A DNA stretch of 50,978 nt from a virus: IMG/VR virus record IMGVR_UViG_2802429591_000001, positions 1 through 50,978 of that record; one strand, 5' to 3'. This document shows, piece by piece, positions 19,010-27,300 of this stretch. Numbering within the stretch: the first letter of the stretch is position 1; every line of letters begins with the position of its first letter. The notes under the pieces are model-generated. The model was given only the letters and a program-made list of their open reading frames with translations, had not been told where the DNA came from and made no database searches. Made by a program: the position numbers and the translations under genes.

Positions 19010-19501
19010 ATGGAAAATATAGTTGAAGATGTATTATTTTACTTACCTGATTGGTCTATTCATTCAAAAACAGGAAATAAAAATATTGATTATATAGAAC
19101 CTTTTTTAAGTGATGAAGATTTAGGTGAAGTAAAAGTAGCAAAAAGGGTAACACCACGTGAAGTAGAAGTTGTATTTAAACGTGCTTATAATCTACTTTT
19201 AAGTTATTGTTGTGTTGGAAAATTATCTTTAACTTATCCACTTGTTTATCAAGCATGTTGTACATATGCAGCAGGATTACTTTATAATAAGTATACACTT
19301 ACAGATCGTACTAATGGTGATGAACTTATACATGAAGCAAAGGAATTAATACAACCATTTGTAAAAGTACGTTATACAAGTTTACTACATAGACCACATC
19401 ACCACCATTTAACACCACGTAAACACATGTTACATGGAGTAGTATATTGTAAACGTCATGATGTGGAAATAGAAACATTTACAAAGAAAATACAAGAATA
19501 A
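19010..19501 (+). CDS. Head-tail adaptor (gp6/gp15-like)
   Basis: Position after the capsid genes, helical VYQACCTYAAGLLYNK segment, His-rich C-terminus. Confidence 0.6.
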   Translation: MENIVEDVLFYLPDWSIHSKTGNKNIDYIEPFLSDEDLGEVKVAKRVTPREVEVVFKRAYNLLLSYCCVGKLSLTYPLVYQACCTYAAGLLYNKYTLTDRTNGDELIHEAKELIQPFVKVRYTSLLHRPHHHHLTPRKHMLHGVVYCKRHDVEIETFTKKIQE

Positions 19502-19519
19502 GGGAGATTTTTTTGTGTT

Positions 19520-20020
19520 ATGAATCTTGAACATGTAATAACAATAAAAACAGGCGGAATAGATCAATTTAATATAAAAGGCTTTGGATTTCCAGCACAA
19601 CTAAAAGGATTAGAAAAAGAAATCTGTAACCATATAAACCAATTAGGACAAGGAATTCAAAAAGTACAAAAACAAGGTTTAGATGAATTAGGAAAACAAA
19701 GTCAAAAACTACAACAAGCACAATTAAGAGCAAATAATAGTATTATGACTGGAAATTTATTAAACAGTATACACCAACAAAAAGGTGGAGATAGTGTACA
19801 TATAGGTACTAATGTATTCTATGCAAAATATGTAGAAGAAGGAAGAGGTCCAATTGTTGCACGGGGAAAAGCATTACATTTTTTTACTAAAAGTGGAAAT
19901 GAAGTATTTGCAAAACGTGTAGGACCAGCAAGAGCAAAACCATATCTTGCACCTAGTGGTGAAATACTTCCTAGTTATTTTAGTATTATTGATAAACTCT
20001 TAGGGGGTATTTCATGGTAA
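19520..20020 (+). CDS. Neck / tail-completion protein (HK97 gp10 / Mu gpG-like)
   Basis: TGNLLNSI...IGTNVFYAKYVEEG...ARAKPYL signature. Confidence 0.8.
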   Translation: MNLEHVITIKTGGIDQFNIKGFGFPAQLKGLEKEICNHINQLGQGIQKVQKQGLDELGKQSQKLQQAQLRANNSIMTGNLLNSIHQQKGGDSVHIGTNVFYAKYVEEGRGPIVARGKALHFFTKSGNEVFAKRVGPARAKPYLAPSGEILPSYFSIIDKLLGGISW

Positions 20021-20568
20021 TGTTTGAAGAAGTTGGTAATGAAATAACGGGTCTTGAGTTTTTATTTGCAGATACTGAGATGTATAATTTACTTGTACAT
20101 GCTAAAAAAGAATGTGATGATCCAGTATTGAAATTATTTAATATTAAATATGTTGATAAAAGTTTTGGAGAAAATCCACGAACTCAAGAATTAAATAATA
20201 TTTATGTTGCACGTTTAGAGTCAATTAATGATTTACATGGAAATGGATTTAATGTGTTTGATACTACTATTCAAATTGTTATTGCAATAAGAGAATATGA
20301 TACAATAACAGCACAGAAATTACTTAAATCTGTGTATAAAAGAATTCAGTATTATTTTGTAAATGATGAGATTAGTAGTTTTATTCATGTGAACCGGTTT
20401 TATTTTGAGTATGAACAACCAGGAATTCTTAGTCGTGCAGTAATAGAATATAAAGTTAAAGAAGTAGAAGATGATCAATACATAGTAGATTATGAAGATC
20501 TTTATTTACGTTTAGGTATTGAAACAAGTATTGATAATGAAAAAGTATTTAAAGGAGAATTAAATTAA
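20014..20568 (+). CDS. Putative tail terminator
   Basis: Position between neck and sheath, size, alternating beta pattern. Confidence 0.5.
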   Translation: MVMFEEVGNEITGLEFLFADTEMYNLLVHAKKECDDPVLKLFNIKYVDKSFGENPRTQELNNIYVARLESINDLHGNGFNVFDTTIQIVIAIREYDTITAQKLLKSVYKRIQYYFVNDEISSFIHVNRFYFEYEQPGILSRAVIEYKVKEVEDDQYIVDYEDLYLRLGIETSIDNEKVFKGELN

Positions 20569-20569
20569 A

Positions 20570-21916
20570 ATGGCAGATAAATATGAAAGAGGAGATTATA
20601 CAATTCCTCGTATTATTGTAGAAAATAAAACACAACCTTTAGAAAGACAAATTAATAAAGGTGGTCGTGTTGCAATTATTGGTGCTTTTCCTAGTTTAAA
20701 AACATCAATTGGAGCTTACCAAACATTAAGAGATTTAAGAGATGATTTTGGTATAATTGCAGGAACAAAAAGTGAAACAGATTTTGACGGTGCATTAGCA
20801 GCTGCAAGATTATTTATGGAAGGAATTCCAGGACATGGGGGGGCTGAACAAGTTATTGTATGTAACATTTCAGAACCATCAAGTGAAACAAATGTAAGTG
20901 GAACTGTATCAGATGGTGGAGATGATAATGTTGTAGTAGATCCTAAACGTGGAAGTTACAGTGAAGATGATGGTTCATTACCAGATGATGTTCTTAAAAC
21001 ACTTAATACAAAACTTACTAAAGTAAAACTTGAAAATGCACTTGCAAAAATTAAAGGTGAAGATATAGATTTATTATTTATTGCAACAAGTATTGAAGAT
21101 GATGGTGATGAAGATAAATCACCTGGAGAATCTAAACCTGCTACACTTGCTGATAAATATGGTCTTATTTGTCAATGGTTAGGAGATGAATTTGAATTAC
21201 AAAGACCTGTTCAACTTGTAGCACCATTAATAACAAGTACTCCTAGTGCAAGTACTATCAATGAAGTTGGTAATGCTTCAAAAACAATTAAAGTAACAGA
21301 TGCTACTGAAGTTGCTAAAATATTTAAAGATAATCCTTTCTTATTAGCAGGTTTATATTGTCAAAAACTTACAATTGCTGCTAATCAGTATCAAACAGGA
21401 ACTCAACTTAGTGTAATTGAAAGTGCTGCTCATATGTGTGCTTTTATTGCTGAATCACGTGTTGATACAAGTCTTACACGTAAAGATATTCCTGGTGTTG
21501 TTGGAGTAGATGAAGAACTTTACTTTGGACAAAATGATGATGGTTATAAACTTGTAAGAAGTGGTATATCTGTTATTAGATCTAAAAATAGAGCGGATAG
21601 ATCTTTCTGTGTTGTTAATTCTGAACTTCCATCAGGTTATGATATTTCTCATATTCGTAGTGTTTCATATCTTATTAAACAATATGAACTTGAAGAATTA
21701 CTTGGTACATTTGGATCAAATCAAAATATTGAAGCATTTAAAGCTCAACTTAATGCTGTAAATCGTAATATAATGGGTACATTAGGTATATTTAATGATA
21801 TTGATACTAATGATGTTCAAAAAGTAAGTACAAATGAAGTAGTAATTAATCTTAAAGTGGATATGGCTGGAGTAATTCTAGTTGTAGACCTTGGTGTAGA
21901 TATGGAGGTAAACTAA
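20570..21916 (+). CDS. Tail sheath protein (contractile tail)
   Basis: 448 aa, directly before a 133-aa tube gene. N-terminal PRIIVE...VAIIGAFP and a sheath-like C-terminus. Confidence 0.75.
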   Translation: MADKYERGDYTIPRIIVENKTQPLERQINKGGRVAIIGAFPSLKTSIGAYQTLRDLRDDFGIIAGTKSETDFDGALAAARLFMEGIPGHGGAEQVIVCNISEPSSETNVSGTVSDGGDDNVVVDPKRGSYSEDDGSLPDDVLKTLNTKLTKVKLENALAKIKGEDIDLLFIATSIEDDGDEDKSPGESKPATLADKYGLICQWLGDEFELQRPVQLVAPLITSTPSASTINEVGNASKTIKVTDATEVAKIFKDNPFLLAGLYCQKLTIAANQYQTGTQLSVIESAAHMCAFIAESRVDTSLTRKDIPGVVGVDEELYFGQNDDGYKLVRSGISVIRSKNRADRSFCVVNSELPSGYDISHIRSVSYLIKQYELEELLGTFGSNQNIEAFKAQLNAVNRNIMGTLGIFNDIDTNDVQKVSTNEVVINLKVDMAGVILVVDLGVDMEVN

Positions 21917-21917
21917 G

Positions 21918-22319
21918 ATGGCAACCACAACAACAATGTATAATACTCAAATAACAATTAATAATACTGTAGTAGGATATGCTAGTGAAGTAGATTTAAC
22001 TATTGATTTTAATCTTTCAGATCAAGATACTTTTGATGGTAAAATTTTATCTAGTTTAAGTCAACCTGGTTGTGAAGTTGAAATTACTAAGTATACAAAA
22101 CATGATGCTGTAAGTGAAAAAGCATTTATGGCTGCAGTTATGAGTCTTAAAGATGTGCCTGGTACTATTACTATTACTAATATTAAACCTAAAGGAACTA
22201 TGACATGGGTAATTTATGAGTGTCGTATTGATGAGCTTGAAATTACTGATGAAGCTGGTGAACTTTTAGAATTTAGTTTAACAGTTCAAGGTGAAGATTT
22301 TGACTGTGATTGGGAATAG
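21918..22319 (+). CDS. Tail tube protein
   Basis: Small acidic all-beta protein after the sheath, with CRIDELEITDEAGELLEFSLT pattern. Confidence 0.7.
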   Translation: MATTTTMYNTQITINNTVVGYASEVDLTIDFNLSDQDTFDGKILSSLSQPGCEVEITKYTKHDAVSEKAFMAAVMSLKDVPGTITITNIKPKGTMTWVIYECRIDELEITDEAGELLEFSLTVQGEDFDCDWE

Positions 22320-22574
22320 AATTTAATAATTTTCTATTATTATTATTATTATTTTTTTTGTGATTTGAAATATTAAAAATACGTTTTTTTAGGGTTTCAT
22401 ATATAGGTATGTATAGATACTAAATTATTTTATTTTTAACAAAAAAAGAAAGGCAAAACTAAGAATTTACTTTATAATAAGGAGGGAAGGAGTCATTAAA
22501 TTATTCAAAAAATTGATAATAAAATGAATTTAATTTATTTTATAAATGGCTTACTTCCCATTTTTTTTATTAGA

Positions 22575-22595
22575 TTGCTTACATCTTTTTACATA
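22575..22595 (+). promoter_or_regulatory. Conserved upstream motif, copy 2
   Basis: TTGCTTACAtCTTtTTACATA. Ends 48 nt upstream of the chaperone ATG. Confidence 0.55.
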
Positions 22596-22642
22596 AATAT
22601 TTAGTATAAAAAAATATAAATTTTGAGGAGTTATCATTTAAA

Positions 22643-23128
22643 ATGAATAAACAAGAATACGAAAATAAAATGGCAGAAGAAGAACTTAAAAAAACAATAA
22701 AAGAATTTGAAGAAGCAGAAGAAGAAAAAGAAAACGAAAATAAAGAAATATTAAATGAAATTGAAGACTTACCTGATCTTGAAGAATATATTAAAAGTGA
22801 AGGATATCTAAGAAGTGGAAAAGATAATCGTATACCATTAAAAATAGATATTAATGGAACACCAGTACGTGTATATATAAGACCACTTACATCACAAGAA
22901 TACTATACATTACAACGTAAAGGAACAGCAAGTAAAGAATCATTAGATTTATTAGCATGTCAAGAAGTATGTACAGATAGTAAAGGAAAAAAAATATCAC
23001 CTATTATATTAGATCAATTACCAGCTGGAGTAATACTTTCTATAAGTACTGCTATAACTGCTGCTAGTGGTATTCAAACAGATGAAATAGATATGACTGA
23101 AGTGGTTAAAGATTTTCTAAGAGATTAA
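22643..23128 (+). CDS. Tail assembly chaperone (G-like)
   Basis: Acidic protein after the tube gene, with IRPLTSQE and LDQLPAGVI...I..ASG chaperone-like motifs. Confidence 0.7.
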   Translation: MNKQEYENKMAEEELKKTIKEFEEAEEEKENENKEILNEIEDLPDLEEYIKSEGYLRSGKDNRIPLKIDINGTPVRVYIRPLTSQEYYTLQRKGTASKESLDLLACQEVCTDSKGKKISPIILDQLPAGVILSISTAITAASGIQTDEIDMTEVVKDFLRD

Positions 23129-23310
23129 GTCTTAAAAAGAATGGGAACATGGCTTTTTTAACTTCTTTATTTTGGGCGTCTGGTTGTGATCCTCGTTCTG
23201 TTTTCTATACTTACCCAGATTTAACACCTTTACAAGAACAGGTATTAGTGGTTTTAAATAATTGTATAATTGAATTTAAATCACAAGGAGATGTATTTGC
23301 TACTATTTAG
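23110..23310 (+). CDS. Tail assembly chaperone T-like ORF (-1 frame; alternative ATG at 23149)
   Basis: The -1 frame opens after TAA 23107-09 and overlaps the end of the chaperone gene. It encodes ...MAFLTSLFWASGCDPRSVFYTYPDLTPLQEQVLVVLNN... Not in the ORF track. Confidence 0.55.
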   Translation, partial: RFSKRLSLKKNGNMAFLTSLFWASGCDPRSVFYTYPDLTPLQEQVLVVLNNCIIEFKSQGDVFATI

Positions 23311-23571
23311 GTAAGATTATGTTTCGATGGTTCTTTCTTTATTATAAAATAGGTGTTAGTTTTCTAAAGCTACTTTTTTTGTATATTTTTTTTGAATCCT
23401 TACATCATACAATTAATAGAAAGAGGAATTTTATTTTTTTTTTATTTGATAAAATTATTATTTTTAATAAAAATTCCATTTATTATTCAATCCCTAAAAA
23501 AATTGATGAAATTAGAATCATAAAAAAAGGATTAAAAATAATTAAAAAAAAATAGAGGTGTGAAAAACAAA

Positions 23572-24345
23572 TTGACAAATGAAATATCAGAAAGATTTGT
23601 AAAAGCAATAACTAATTATGTTGACTCAGCACCTACACAAACAACAACACCTAAAATAGGAACAATCACAGAAGTAAGTGACTACATGAATTATTGTACA
23701 ATAACATGGGATGAAGGAACATTAACAAGAGTTCCATGTCATGGATTACCAAAAGTAGGAACGACTGCAATAATAACATTTATAAATGGAAATTATCAAC
23801 AACCATGTGCAATATGTGACCCTAAAAACATACTAGATGAAGAACTTGTAGATGAATATCGTATGGTTAAATGTTTTAATTATCATAACAATGGAGATTT
23901 CACATTTAACAAAACAGGATATACGGGAAATTTTACAATAACTGATAAAGAATCATATACAGATGTAAAAGGTAGATGTGCTAAACTTGAACCTAACCAA
24001 ACACTTACATTTCAATGTGATCTAAGAAATATTATAGATGAAATGGATGTATGGGATTTAAGAGCATTTTATAAGGGATTTTCTAAACTACAAATAAGAG
24101 TTAAAGATTTAGAATATAATGAATATTTACATAATAGACCAACACCAGGATATGATACGATGTATTGGCAGTGTATGTCTAGTAAATGGTATCAAAATAA
24201 GGAAATATTTGTAGGTAATGCTAATGCAGAGATAACATTTAAAAATGTGGGTGATAAAACCATGTGGATAGATGGAATAGTTGTATATGAAAATAGTAGT
24301 GACACTGAATATTATCATAGTAGGGGTGATATAAGTGGCATCTAG
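23572..24345 (+). CDS. Baseplate spike-like (gpV OB-fold) protein with C-terminal beta-sandwich/carbohydrate-binding-like domain
   Basis: KIGTITEV...LPKVGTTAIITFINGNYQQP matches the gpV/gp45 OB-fold pattern. NGDF... resembles the start of a galactose-binding-like domain. RBS GAGGTG favours TTG 23572 over GTG 23560. Confidence 0.55.
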   Translation: MTNEISERFVKAITNYVDSAPTQTTTPKIGTITEVSDYMNYCTITWDEGTLTRVPCHGLPKVGTTAIITFINGNYQQPCAICDPKNILDEELVDEYRMVKCFNYHNNGDFTFNKTGYTGNFTITDKESYTDVKGRCAKLEPNQTLTFQCDLRNIIDEMDVWDLRAFYKGFSKLQIRVKDLEYNEYLHNRPTPGYDTMYWQCMSSKWYQNKEIFVGNANAEITFKNVGDKTMWIDGIVVYENSSDTEYYHSRGDISGI

Positions 24346-27300
24346 TTATTCTTATAATATTGAACTTGATTGTGAAGCTAATACTAGTCAACTTAAAGAT
24401 GTAGCAACAGCATTACAAAAAATACAGAAACTAGCTAGTAAAGAGATTACAGTAGAAACAAATACGGGTAAAATAGTATCAGATGCAAAAAATGCAGAAA
24501 ATGCACTTAAAAATGTAGGAAGTGTAGGTAAAAAACTAAAAACTGATCTTACATTTAATGCACCGGGATTAAATACTATAACTACACAATGTAACAAAGC
24601 TGTAAATAGTCTTAATAAAGTTTCATCTAGTGCTAATAAAGTTAAAAATTCACTGAATGGAATCAAAGGCGGAGATTTTAGTAAACTTGGAACTAGTGTA
24701 AGTAAATCTGTATCTTCCATGAAATCACTTAATAAATATATAGGAAAAATGGGGGATAATGCGGGGAATATTGATGGAAAACTTTTCAAACAAATTCAAC
24801 AATATGCTCGGACAGCTGCCAGTTCATGTAAAACTTTAGCAACTGCAATTAAAAGTGTTGCAAGTGCAATTAAAAGTATAAGTCCTACTAAAATTACAAA
24901 CATAGGTAAATCTGCTGAGTCCTCAGCTAATAAAATTGATAGTTTACGAAAAGCATTAGTGCATATTAATAGTTCAGCTTCAAATATTGATGGTAGTGGA
25001 TTTAGTAAACTTGCAAGTTCTATTAAAGATGCAAAAAGTGCTGCTGATTCATTAAATAAATCATTAGCTAATACTAATAAAGCTGGTGGAAAAGTAGGGA
25101 GTGTAGGTGGAAAATCTGGGGGCTCTACTGGAAAACAAGCAACAAAATCCGGATCTTCTGCAGGTGGAGGATTTGATTATAGTGGAGATGATTTGTTAGG
25201 ACTAGTTGGTCTTGATTCACTCTATGATATGACTATTGGTAATGCTGCAACAAAAGAAGTAAACTCAATAATTTCAAGACAAAGGGGATATGATGTACCA
25301 GCAATTGATAAAAAAACTAATGAATCATGGGTTAAGATGAATGATCTTATACCTGCAATGAATGGTATACAGGCATCTACTGGAGCTACTGGTGCTCAAA
25401 TGAATAAATATATGCCTGCTATTGCTGATTTTGGTACATATGTTCAGGCATTAGGATATTCTGCAGATGTTGCAAACAGTGCAATGTTCGATTTATCTAA
25501 AGGTGCTAAAGGTGCATTTGCATCAATAGATAACTTTGGTATAACTGAAGATTCACTTAAAGCTACAGGTGAATGGAATGGAGACTATAATGATCTAGAT
25601 GGTTTCTTTAAAGCAGTTGGAAAAATTTCTGAAGGAGCTTCAGAATTTCAGGATACTTTCACAGGGAAATTTATTAGATTTAAAAAGGGTTTATCAACTG
25701 CTGGTGGTGAACTTGGTAAAGCTGTTCTCCCAACTTTGACGAGTTTAGTTGAGGGTTTTTTATCATTAAACCAAGCAACTGGAGGAAATTTAGCTAAAGG
25801 TGTAATGCTTTTTGCATCTGCACTTACCGGACTCACTGTTGGTAGTATGGTAATAAACCGTATTAGTGAAGCATTTTCTAAAGTTAAGGGTAGTATTTCT
25901 AATGCAAAAGAAGGACTTAAATCCTTTAAAAGTCTTCTTAGTCATATTAAAGATAAAGGTCTACGCGGTGGACTTGATTCTTGGAAAAAAGAAAAAGAGC
26001 AGAAGAAAAAAGATAAAGAATGCGAAGATCCATGTAGTAAAGTAATTGAAAAACAAGAAAAGAAAAAAAAGAAAGCCAAAGACAAAAACAAAGACAAACC
26101 ACTAAGTGAATGTGACTGTGATAAAGGCGTCAGTGGAAAAGCAAAAGACAAAGATAAAAACAAGGGTAGTAAAGGAAAAGACAGTGGCAAACCTGTAAGT
26201 GAATGTCCATTAGAAAATAGGGGATTACCTGTAAATACAACATCAGGTAATACTAAAACTAAAAAAGGAAAAGGAAGCTCATTATATAATAAATATGGAA
26301 ATATCCAACCTAATAATACTACTTGTTCAGGAAAGAATATGCCAACAGTTAGTAATAGTTGTGGTTGTGGTTTAGACGCTTCTAAAAGTGGTAATACTGC
26401 AGGTCAAAGTACTGGTAAAGCTGGTAAAAAAGGTGGAAAAAACACGGGAAAAACACGTAAAGGTGTAGAAAGTGTAGGACGAAGCCTTGATAAAACCAAT
26501 AAAAAAGCAGGTACATTTGGTAAATCAGTTAATAAAATGGGAAATACTAAAGCATTTTCTAATTTAAATAATACTGTAAATACTCTTGGTGGAAACTTTG
26601 GAAAAACAAGCACACAAATAACAAACAGTGTAAATAGTATGGGTAACTCATTTTCTACAATGGGTAGTAAAATGGGTAATAGTATAACAAGTGGACTTAA
26701 TACAAGTCTTAACACTGCTAATACCACAGTTGGTAAACGTGGTGGAAAACTTGGAAGTATCTTTAGTAAAGGATTTGGAAAATCTAGTAAACTAGGTGGA
26801 ATCATTGGAAAACTAGGAGGTACTCTTCAAGGTGGATTAGGTCAAAGTATAGGTAAAGGTCTAAGTGGAATCGGTGGAATTGTAGGTAAAGTCGGTGGAA
26901 AACTTGGAGGAGTTCTAAGTAAAGGAATGGGAAGTACACTCGGTAAAGGACTTGGTGGAACTATTGGTAAAATAGGTGCTAAAGTCGGTGGAAAAGCACT
27001 TGCTGCTGTTGGTGTAAATGCTATTCCTGTTATAGGACAAATTATAAGTGCTGTATTAACATTAACTACTGTTCTTGATTTACTTGGTATTGATTGGTTT
27101 GGTCCTCTTTGTGATGGTATTAAAAACTGTGCTAGTTGGCTTACTACTACTCTTGCTCCTGCTTGGGATTGGATTAAGGGTGCTGCTGGTAATACTTGGG
27201 AATGGCTTAATAGTACTTTCCAAAGTCTTATGCCTACACTTCAAAGTATTGGACAAGGCATAATGTCTGGTCTTGGTGGGGTTTTCAGTTGGCTTTCTGA

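Noticed and set aside
23319-23555. 78-aa plus-strand ORF in the chaperone-spike gap
   Set aside because: Made of F/I/K-rich codons from poly-T and poly-A tracts. It looks like terminator/promoter DNA with no convincing RBS.
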